The position numbers were made by a program, and so were the translations under genes. Below are positions 42,040 to 52,700 of a stretch of 64,000 nt of DNA, piece by piece (position 1 is the stretch's first letter; each line of letters begins with the position of its first letter). The stretch is from Pecten maximus (lineage: Eukaryota): contig NC_047028.1 of assembly GCF_902652985.1 (NCBI RefSeq), positions 9,424,001 through 9,488,000 on the forward strand, read 5' to 3'. The notes beneath the pieces were generated by a model. It searched no databases and had not been told where the DNA came from. It saw only the letters and a list, made by a program, of their open reading frames with translations.

Positions 42040-42212
42040 CTTGTGACATGTCTGTCATCAATTTCACGCTGTCACTCTTGGAGACATCAGAGAAAGAGGG
42101 CCATCCTGACTTGGAGTCGAACTTGGTGTCGGAGTCGAATAGCGGGTTCCCACATACAACACAGTGATAAAGCCCCTCATCGCTGTGTTTATAGTACTTT
42201 CCCGAGAACGCT
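42040..42212 (-). CDS. MSRB3: Methionine-R-sulfoxide reductase B3-like, common internal exon
   Basis: Not in the ORF track in this frame. ttttgttgtacatttcag|A ... CAAG|gtatat; 173 nt, phase 2 to phase 1. Encodes (R)AFSGKYYKHSDEGLYHCVVCGNPLFDSDTKFDSKSGWPSFSDVSKSDSVKLMTDMSQ(G), with the first Zn CxxC and the GWPSF motif. Confidence 0.95.
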
Positions 42213-42261
42213 CTGAAATGTACAACAAAAAGTCCTTAAAGATGTGAATATTCTTTAATCT

Positions 42262-43070
42262 CAAGATGTGAGTGACTCAATTTTAGTCTTAATCTAAAGA
42301 TGTTAGTGACTCAATTTTAGTCTTAATTTAAAGATGTGAGTGACTCAATTTTAGTCTTAATCTAAAGATGTGAGTGACTCAATTTTAGTCTTAATCTAGA
42401 CGTTAGTGACTCAATTTTAGCCTCAATCCAAAGATGTTAGTGACTTAAAGTTTAGTCTTCATAAAAATAAAGAAAAGATTGACTCAAAATTGAGGCTTTA
42501 TTTATCCTAATGATAATGATGAGAGTGCCTAAAACTAGTCTTTTATCTTAAGATGCGAATGTCTCAAACTTCAGTCTTTAATCTTAGAATGCAAATGTCT
42601 CAAACTTCAGCCTTAATCATGAAAAAGTAGTGACTCAAACTTGAGACTTAACCTAGATGTTAGAGACTAATTTTTAATCCTATAACCTTAAGATGTTATA
42701 ATTAGTGACTCAAACTTTATCTGATTAGCTAAAGATGTTCGTGACTCAAATTTATCTGATAAGCTAAAGATACACGTATTAGTAACTCAAATTTATCTGA
42801 TAAGCTTTTGTGACTCAAATTTATCTGACAAGCTTTTGTGACTCAAATTTATCTGATAAGCTTTTGTGACTCAAATTTATCTGATAAGCTTTTGTGACTC
42901 AAATTTATCTGATAAGCTAAAGATATTAGTGACTCAAACTTTATCTGATAAGCTAAAGATATAAGTGACTCAAAATTTATCTGATAAGCTAAAGATACAT
43001 GTATTAGTGACTCAAACTTTATCTGATAAGCTAAATATGTGAGCAACTCAAAATTAAGTCCTTAATCAAA
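42262..43070. repeat. Composite 28-41-bp tandem repeat rich in TGACTCA and TTATCTGATAA
   Basis: 34-bp units on the left grade into 28-41-bp units on the right; ~16 TGACTCA counted. Confidence 0.88.
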
Positions 43071-43716
43071 AGTTTGTTATCCAATTATGCAAGTGATTTG
43101 AATCAGTTGGCAGTACCTGGTATATGTACCACATGTACATATATCCTGTAATAAACCCAGGGGCCAGTATATAGTCTTTGACTCACAGAATGAAGTGGAA
43201 CGCAGGACAATTAATGGAATTACATTTATAAGCAATTTTACTAAACTGCAATAGAAGTGAGTCAGCTTAAGATAAATACATAAATATTCAAGGTCAAAAA
43301 CAGTCTCATGCATTATTTTTTTATCATAAATTGTTTTTTAAATCAAAACAGGTGACTTTTTTGAGGAAATATCATAGGTCCTATGCTTATATTTAACACA
43401 CGTATAACACAGTAACAGCAAGCTGACTGACATCAGCTGTATATATTGTTTAAATGTGTGAACATTTCAGGAGTGAAAACCAATAAAACACTGTTCTATC
43501 TATACTCCTGGTGTATCTGTATCAAATAACAAACTGTCACCTCTTTAACAATGACGGGTGGAGTACATCATTTATTTTTAGCCTTTTGATTTGTTCAATC
43601 AAGCCTGAACTGTGTCCAGGACACTGTTCTGTAGGAAATCTGTCTTCACAACTGGTATAACAGGTTTAAACTGTTCATCCCTCGATCTCAAAGTTTTTAC
43701 AACAATGAACAAACAG

Positions 43717-43928
43717 GAAGCTCTTTATATATATAAATACATACGAAGCTCTTTATATATATAAATACATACGAAGCTTTTTATATATATAAATACATAC
43801 GAAGCTCTTTATATATATAAATACATACGAAGCTCTTTATATATATAAATACATACGAAGCTTTTTATATATATAAATACATACGAAGCTTTTTATATAT
43901 ATAAATACATACAAAGCTTTTTATATAT
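43717..43928. repeat. 28-bp AT-rich minisatellite (GAAGCTCTTTATATATATAAATACATAC), ~7.5 copies
   Basis: Direct; abuts the Helentron-type element. Confidence 0.95.
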
Positions 43929-46076
43929 ACAAGAGGCCCAGAGGGCCTGTATCGCTCACCTGGTTTCATGAGATATGAAACAAGAATGATGCTTCAGTAT
44001 ATATTGGCACTGGTATTGCTATGTCAATATATATCATAAGCATTTTATATGGGTACATGTACATTGGTTTTATTTTAATACTAAAAATGCCAAAAAGTGC
44101 ATTAATTCATGAAATGAAATTGACTTTTGGCGCAACCCCATAGGGATGCTACCACACAAATGTGAGTGATATTCATTGCTTAGTTTCAGAGAAGATCTTG
44201 TTTAGACCAATTGACCCCTTTTGACCCTGCCCTCTGCCCCCTGGGGGTCAGCTCCTTCCTTTATACAATTTTGAATCCCTACCCCAATAGGATGCTACCA
44301 GTCAAACCATTGCTAAGTTTCAGAGAATAAGTTGTTTAAATCAATTTAGCCAAATTGACCCCTTTTGGCCCCACCCCTCAGCCCCCTGGCGGCCCGGGTC
44401 AACCCCAACATTTGTACAATTTTGAATCCCCACCGCATAACCATGCTACCATACAAATGAGAGCAATATCCATTGCTTAGTTTCAGAGAAGAAGTTGTTT
44501 AAACAAATTGACTAATTTTGGCCCCACCCCTCCGGCCCCTTGGGGGTCAGCCCCATCATTCATACAATTTTGAATCCCCACCCCATAGGGAGGGATCTTG
44601 GCGCCCACCATTGAATGATCTTTATAGGTTCCATGTCAGATTGATCTCTTCTCCCAATTTCCCTTCCTTTTACTTATCTGTGTGAATTGAGAAACATCCC
44701 TCCAGTACTTTTCAAACAAGGGGAACCTATACAAAAAATGTATATGAAATCTGAGATTTAGCAATAATGACTGTCTGTTGGCCATGCTGTTTTCCAACTG
44801 GTCCGACAATGTATTATGCATTATAAGGGACCAAGGGGAACCTACATATGAAATTTGAGAAAGATCCCTTCTGCACTTTCTGAGAAATAGCGATAACAAA
44901 CTTCAATTGTCAAAATCCAAGATGGCTGCCTGTCAGCCATGTTGTTTTCTGACTGGTCCGAAAATGTTTTATGCATAATAAAGGACCAAGGGGAACTTAC
45001 ATATGAAATTTGAGAAAGATCCCTTCAGTACTTTCTGAGAAATAGCAATAACAAACTTCAATTGTCAAAATCAAAGATGGCTGCCTGTCGGCCATGTTGT
45101 TTTCTGACTGGTCCGAAAATGTTTTATGCATAATAAAGGACCAAGGGGAACCTACATATGAAATTTGAGAAAGATCCCTTCAGTACTTTCTGAGAAATAG
45201 CAATAACAAATTTCAATTGTCAAAATCAAAGATGGCTGCCTGTCGGCCATGTTGTTTTCCGACTGGTCCCAAAATGAAAATATGCATAACTAGGGACGAA
45301 GGGCAACCTACATATGAAATTTGAGAAAGATCCCTTCAGTACTTTCTGAGAAATAGCAATAACAAACTTCAATTGTCAAAATCAAAGATGGCTGCCTGTC
45401 GGCCATGTTGTTTTCCGACTGGTCCCAAAATGCAATATGCATAACTAGGGACAAAGGGCAACCTAAATATGAAATTTGAGAAAGATCCCTTCTGCACTTT
45501 CTGAGAAATAGTGATAACAAACTTCAATTGTCAAAATCCAAGATGGCTGCCTGTCGGCCATGTTGTTTTCCGACTGGTCCCAAAATGCAATATGCATAAC
45601 TAGAGACCAAGGGCAACCCACATATGAAATTTGAGAAAGATTCCTTCTGTACTTTCTGAGAAATGGTGATAACAAACTTCAATTGTCAAAATCCAAGATG
45701 GCTACCTGTCGGCCATGTTGTTTTCCGACTGGTCTCAAAATGCAATATGCATAACTAGAGACCAAGGGCAACCTACATATGAAATTTGAGAAAAATCTTT
45801 TCAGTACTTTCTGAGAAATAGCGATAACAAACTTCAATTGTCAAAATCAAAGATGGCTGCCTGTCAGCCATGTTGTTTTCCGATTGGTCTCAAAATGCGA
45901 TATGGATAACTAGGCACCAAGGGGAACCTACAAATGAAATTTGAGAAAGATTCCTTCAGTAATTTCTGAGAAATAGCGATAACAAGAATTGTTAACGGAG
46001 GGACGGACGGAGGGACAGACGGACGGACGCAGGGCATTTTGAATAGCCCACCATCTGATGATGGTGGGCTGAAAAA
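43929..46076 (-). mobile_element. Non-autonomous Helentron-type element (HINE/DINE-1/pearl-like) carrying satellite-like core repeats; apparently chimeric
   Basis: Hairpin AGCCCACCATC-TGAT-GATGGTGGGCT (46045-46070), adjacent (GGAC)n microsatellite, ~8 core repeats of ~155 bp (44690-45985), a second ~160-bp repeat family (44130-44590), and terminal palindrome AGGCCC-AGA-GGGCCT (43934-43948). Confidence 0.85.
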
Positions 46077-46284
46077 GTAGGTCCTGGTGTATTGTATTTA
46101 ACATGCAAATCAAAATTATTAACTTCATGTTTTTATTTCGTGTAGTTCTCTATATCATACCACATTTGAACCATATCTGCAGCTTGTGAAAATTGATGGG
46201 GTTTTTTTTCAATTATTTTTCTTACATATCTTTACATGCATAGCTGCAGTTGGCAGATAGTGACAAATTTTCATAACATTGTTG

Positions 46285-46343
46285 TGGTTTGTTTTGTTTA
46301 AAGTACTATTAACAGCCAGGGTCATTGAAGGATGTGCCAGGTT
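46285..46343 (-). mobile_element. 3' fragment of SINE family A
   Basis: CTATTAACAGCCAGGGTCATTGAAGGATGTGCCAGGTT is the reverse complement of the family A tail. Confidence 0.75.
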
Positions 46344-46693
46344 TCATAAAATATCGAGTTGGTGTTATAATATCTTGAAACACTTACCCAGTTCACCATC
46401 ACTTTATTCTTAACACTTCCTGTTACATTCTGTTTTATATAGCTTTGCTTAAGTGAATGTAGTTACCAGTATATGAACCGGGAAACACTGATTTTGACTA
46501 TGACTAAAGTCAAGGTCACTATCTGTTTTCTAAGGTTCATAAAACCAAACAGTGATCTCTACAAATGTCCATAAATGAAAAATATATAACAAACAAAATT
46601 CAATAAATTCAGTATTTCAATTACAATTATTCCATAATTTCAAAGGTCGTTATGACAAAATAAATGAAATAACTTCTCATTTGCATACAGTAC

Positions 46694-46917
46694 CTTTCCG
46701 TCCCGCGTTGCTGGGTGACTCGGTATTGAGTGGGCGTCAGCCTCTCTTTGAGCTCCGTTTTTGAGACTTTGACTGGACATTTTGAGCTACCGGGTGGTGA
46801 GCATTCTTCCTGAAGGCGTTTGAGGGTGGGCGAGGCTTCACGCTGAGAGGTAACTAAGTGTATGATGTTCATCCAGATGATACACAGACCAGCCACACGC
46901 AGACCCACAATAGACAT
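46694..46917 (-). CDS. MSRB3: Methionine-R-sulfoxide reductase B3-like, first coding exon with N-terminal targeting peptide
   Basis: ATG is preceded by an in-frame TGA (46957-46959). Encodes MSIVGLRVAGLCIIWMNIIHLVTSQ...CSPPGSSKCPVKVSKTELKERLTPTQYRVTQQRGTE(R). Donor AG|gtactg is phase 2 and joins 42212 to give GTERAF. Upstream acceptor gtttcag at 46979. Confidence 0.93.
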
Positions 46918-46933
46918 GTACCTCGGCCACGTC

Positions 46934-47096
46934 TCTATGAATATAGAGCTCTGAGCTCAAACGTTAGTCGAATATCACCTGAAACAGTGGAACAAAATCA
47001 AATATACCTCCATCCTCTACGAATATAGAGCCCTGAGCTCGAACGTTAGACGAATATCACCTGAAACAGTGGAACAAAATCGAATATACCTCCATC
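46934..47096. repeat. 82-bp tandem duplication spanning the splice acceptor of the first coding exon
   Basis: Two near-identical copies, each containing (minus strand) ttttgttccactgtttcag|GTGATATTCG, at 46978 and 47060. Confidence 0.9.
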
Positions 47097-48769
47097 ACAG
47101 AAAACCTAGATCTGTGAACTGTTCTTTTAAAATACTCTCAGAGCATCACGAGTCAATTTTTACACCCTAAGGATCACAAAGATATTGCCCGACTATAACA
47201 TGTCTTAAGTTTGACACTGTGGGACCCGACATGAAAGAACCTGTCTAATAGGACATAATGTGGGACACATGTGGTTAACCTGTTTAATCTGACACCCTGT
47301 ACAACATGACATATGGTCAGATTAGAGAGAATACTGGAACATACAAGTCTTATTTGATAATGTTCTGAAATCAAATGGAATTATAGAGAGAATATTGGAA
47401 TATAAACATCTTATTTAGTGAATTTTGTAAGAATTGGAATTATAAACATCATTGCTGAATTAGACAGGATGTGAGAATTCTGATGAGCTAGAAAAAATGT
47501 TATATATACAGTTGAACATTTAGGATAGCCAGTACACTTAAACATGGTGACAAGCTTAAGGAAACACAACGTATACCGTAGGTATAAACATTCTCTTTAT
47601 CACTTGAAACATAACAAGATGTACTATAAGTCTGCAATATATATTTGCAATAACTTTAATTTTAGCGTTTTCTACATTAAAAACAATTTAAGTTTAATTT
47701 CTGTTAATTGTTTTAATTTTTCTACAGCAATAAAAGACTGTGAGTATTCTATTTCCATTCAGTAAAATTTGATTCCATTTATGTGTTTAATGTATCTAAG
47801 AATGTCCCTATAGCTTCAAAGAAATATCTTAAAAGTCAAATATACAGGGTACAATTGGTTGTCGATCAATGAAACTGAAATGTTTCTTACCTTTTTACAG
47901 TATGTTTCTGTCTTCTAAATTCTACATTCACATTGAAATGATTCACTAGGTTTTGGTGTGTATGTGTGTACACCAAGTCTAGATCTAACACTAATGGTTC
48001 AGATACCAAACTGGAAATGTTCAAATGTATAGTGAAAGGCAATTGTCCGACAATAAAAGGTCCCCGGTCCAACAACCTAATATTTAAATATGACTTAACC
48101 TGAGAGTGAACAGCTTTTAATGAAATTCTCTGACCATGAAAACCAATTGACCATGACAAGACGGTTAATTGGTCCCTAAACAGTGATAGCTGTGATTTGG
48201 TACTAGATAGAGGTATTTATCTCGTGATTCAGGGTAACCATGATATGATCTAACCTCCAACAGCTAGAAAGTCGACAAAAAAAGTCTATACAAACCTTCA
48301 TGGTGTTGTAATTTATGACAATAAACGATAAGAATATGTGAAATTATCCATGTTCTCCTTACCTAATAAATGGAAAGTAAAAATATTTAACATATATTAA
48401 ATGAAAAACATTCAAGCCATTTACAAGGCTCTTTACTGATTCAAGCATTGTGTATACTGTTTCGTTTATGGACAATCTCAAAATTATCAAAATTGAATAT
48501 GACCATGTTTTTATTTTTATTTCTTGAAGCTTATCATTTCATTATAAATTACAAATGTATATATAATCAAGAACCATTTAGAACATTTTTTCAGAAATGG
48601 TGAAAATGTATATAAACAAATAGGTTTTATGTGGTTTGTATATTGCACGAAGGCTCAATGCTTATTATATTCTAATAATAAAATAGATTTACTTAGTTAG
48701 CTTGTGCTTTACACCTATAGCTAGGTTTTGTCTCACCACAGCAACTTAGTCAGTGTTTTCAAATTTAGT

Positions 48770-49033
48770 TAGTCATAATTACTGGTTTACCGATAATCAC
48801 ATGACTCCACCTGTTGAATTTAGTTAATTATAATTACTGGTTTACCACTAATTACATGACTCCACCTGTTGAATTTAGTTAGTTATAATTACTGGTTTAC
48901 CACTAATTACATGACTCCACCTGTTGAATTTAGTTAGTTATAATTACTGGTTTACCACTAATTACATGACTCCACCTGTTGAATTTAGTTAGTTATAATT
49001 ACTGGTTTACCACTAATTATATGACTCCACCTA
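48770..49033. repeat. 55-bp tandem repeat, ~5 copies, related to the 86-bp array at 41 kb
   Basis: TTACTGGTTTACCACTAATTACATGACTCCACCTGTTG core. Confidence 0.92.
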
Positions 49034-49763
49034 CTGGTGTCTATGAGTCTAACATTAAAATAATTTGTAATATGACCACCTATCTATAAGGACCAACTGT
49101 CTACAACAACCGTAAAAAGCCACCATATCTTTACCATAATAAAACTCCCTAAATAACATTTATAAATACCTGTTCATTATGAGTGCCTGCCTAAATCACA
49201 TGGCAGTCATACCTGTATAAACTGTGTCCTATGTTGCAGATACGTAAATTTCCCTCCTGATTCGTTCTAATCCTACTCGTAGGTAAGAGGTCATTACAGG
49301 TATGTCTGTTACAACTTCCCGTACCACATCTACATACAACTGTCCTGTCAAACCTCGGACTAATTCTGCTGACCATTGTCCAACATCAATACCACTCAGG
49401 TTCTAAATATGTTAATTTCCTTATTTACCTGCATGGTTAATGGACTAATCGGTCAAGTTTATGGTGACCGATGACCACCATTGATGTGGATGAATAACAG
49501 TAAACATGATTTAGGGTTTAAATGGTCAGATTTTTAATTCGATTCTGATACAGTACAGATCAGCTGTTTCAATAACTACAGGTGTACATACTAGTGTATA
49601 AGTTCACCTGGTTAAGGAATTGGACTGTTTCATTCAAAGTATAAATATTTCATTAATTATGTACACACAGTCTATCAGGTTTGTGAACTGATTAATTTTA
49701 ACATCAGTATGTAAAAATTTGATGAATGAAATTCCGTACAACAAAAACCAACAAGTTTCTATT

Positions 49764-52700
49764 AAAGTGTCCATATAGGATGTCCCAGGTACACAAACCA
49801 AAGTGTCCATATAGGATGTCCAAGGTACACAAAACAAAGTGTCCATATAGGATGTCCAAGGTACACAAACCAAAGTGTCCATATAGGATGTCCAAGGTAC
49901 ACAAACCGAAGTGTCCATATAAGGATGTCGCAGGTACACAAACCAAAGTGTCCATGTAAGGATGTCCCAGGTACACAAACCAAAGTGTCCATGTAAGGAT
50001 GTCCCAGGTACACAAACCAAAGTGTCCATATAAGGATGTCCCAGGTACACAAACCAAAGTGTCCATATAAGGATGTCCCAGGTACACAAACCAAAGTGTC
50101 CATGTAAGGATGTCCCAGGTACACAAACCAAAGTGTCCATATAAGGATGTCCCAGGTACACAAACCAAAGTGTCCATATAGAATGTCCCAGGTACACAAA
50201 CCAAAGTGTCCATATAAGGAGTGTCCATATAAGGATGTCCCAGTAACACAAAACAAAGTGTCCATATATAGGATGTCCAAGGTACACAAACCGAAGTGTC
50301 CATGTAAGGATATCCCAGGTACACAAACCAAAGTGTCCATGTAAGGATGTCCCAGGTACACAAACCAAAGTGTCCATATAAGGATGTCCCAGGTACACAA
50401 ACCAAAGAGTCCATATAAGGATGTCGCAGGTACACAAACCGAAGTGTCCATGTAAGGATGTCCCAGGTATACAAACCAAAGTGTCCATATAAGGATGTCC
50501 CAGGTACACAAACCAAAGTGTCCATATAAGGATGTCCAAGGTACACAAAACAAAGTGTCATATAAGGATGTCCCAGGTACACAAACCAAAGTGTCCATGT
50601 AAGAATGTCCCAGGTACACAAATCAAAGTGTCCATGTAAGGATGTCCCAGGTACACAAACCAAAGTGTCCATATAAGGATGTCCAAGGTACACAAACCAA
50701 AGTGTCCATATAAGGATGTCCCAGGTACACAAACCAAAGTGTCCATATAAGGATGTCCCAGGTACACAAACCAAAGTGTCCATATAGGATGTCCCAGGTA
50801 CACAAACCAAAGTGTCCATATAGGATGTCCCAGGTACACAAACCAAAGAGTCCATAAAAGGATGTCCCAGGTACACGAACCAAAGTGTCCATATATAGGA
50901 TGTCCCAGGTACACAAACCAAAGTGTCCATATAAGGATGTCCCAGGTACACAAACCAAAGTGTCCATATAAGGATGTCCAAGGTACACAAACCGAAGTGT
51001 CCATATAAGGATGTCCCAGGTACACAAACCAAAGTGTTCATATAAGGATGTCCCAGGTACACAAACCAAAGTGTCCATATAAGGATGTCCCAGGTACACA
51101 AACCAAAGTGTCCATATAAGGATGTCCCAGGTACACAAACCAAAGTGTCCATGTAAGGATGTCCCAGGTACACAAACCAAAGTGTCCATGTAAGGATGTC
51201 CCAGGTACACAAACCAAAGTGTCCATATATAGGATGTCCCAGGTACACAAACCAAAGTGTCCATATAAGGATGTCCCAGGTACACAAACCAAAGTGTCCA
51301 TGTAAGGATGTCCCAGGTACACAAACCAAAGTGTCCATATAAGGATGTCCCAGGTACACAAACCAAAGTGTCCATATAGGATGTCCCAGGTACACAAACC
51401 AAAGTGTCCATATAAGGAGTGTCCATATAAGGATGTCCCAGTAACACAAAACAAAGTGTCCATATATAGGATGTCCAAGGTACACAAACCGAAGTGTCCA
51501 TGTAAGGATGTCCCAGGTACACAAACCAAAGTGTCCATGTAAGGATGTCCCAGGTACACAAACCAAAGTGTCCATATAAGGATGTCCCAGGTACACAAAC
51601 CAAAGAGTCCATATAAGGATGTCGCAGGTACACAAACCGAAGTGTCCATGTAAGGATGTCCCAGGTATACAAACCAAAGTGTCCATATAAGGATGTCCCA
51701 GGTACACAAACCAAAGTGTCCATATAAGGATGTCCCAGGGACACAAACCAAAGTGTCCATATATAGGATGTCCCAGGTACACAAAACAAAGTGTCCATAT
51801 AAGGATGTCCCAGGTACACAAACCAAAGAGTCCATATAAGGATGTCCCAGGTACACGAACCAAAGTGTCCATATATAGGATGTCCCAGGTACACAAACCA
51901 AAGTGTCCATTTTAAGGATGTCCCAGGTACACAAACCAAAGTGTCCATATAAGGATGTCCCAGGTACACAAACCAAAGTGTCCATATAAGGATGTCCCAG
52001 GTACACAAAACAAAGTGTCATATAAGGATGTCCCAGGTACACAAACCAAAGTGTCCATATAAGGATGTCCCAGGTACACAAACCAAAGTGTCCATATAAG
52101 GATGTCCAAGGTACACAAAACAAAGTGTCATATAAGGATGTCCCAGGTACACAAACCAAAGTGTCCATGTAAGAATGTCCCAGGTACACAAATCAAAGTG
52201 TCCATGTAAGGATGTCCCAGGTACACAAACCAAAGTGTCCATATAAGGATGTCCAAGGTACACAAACCAAAGTGTCCATATAAGGATGTCCCAGGTACAC
52301 AAACCAAAGTGTCCATATAAGGATGTCCCAGGTACACAAACCAAAGTGTCCATATAGGATGTCCCAGGTACACAAACCAAAGTGTCCATATAGGATGTCC
52401 CAGGTACACAAACCAAAGAGTCCATAAAAGGATGTCCCAGGTACACGAACCAAAGTGTCCATATATAGGATGTCCCAGGTACACAAACCAAAGTGTCCAT
52501 ATAAGGATGTCCCAGGTACACAAACCAAAGTGTCCATATAAGGATGTCCAAGGTACACAAACCGAAGTGTCCATATAAGGATGTCCCAGGTACACAAACC
52601 AAAGTGTTCATATAAGGATGTCCCAGGTACACAAACCGAAGTGTCCATATAAGGATGTCCCAGGTACACAAACCAAAGTGTCCATATAAGGATGTCCCAG

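Noticed and set aside
42064-42264. Listed 66-aa minus-strand ORF
   Set aside because: Wrong frame; the real exon (CVVC, GWPSF) is in another frame.
46382-46460. Strong minus-strand donor TGG|GTAAGT after the first coding exon
   Set aside because: The frame compatible with exon 42212 has a stop two codons upstream, and no acceptor or start supports an exon.
47891-47914. 24-nt phase-2 symmetrical microexon (AAG|GTAAGA donor)
   Set aside because: The donor is perfect but the acceptor lacks a pyrimidine tract; such sites arise by chance in AT-rich introns.
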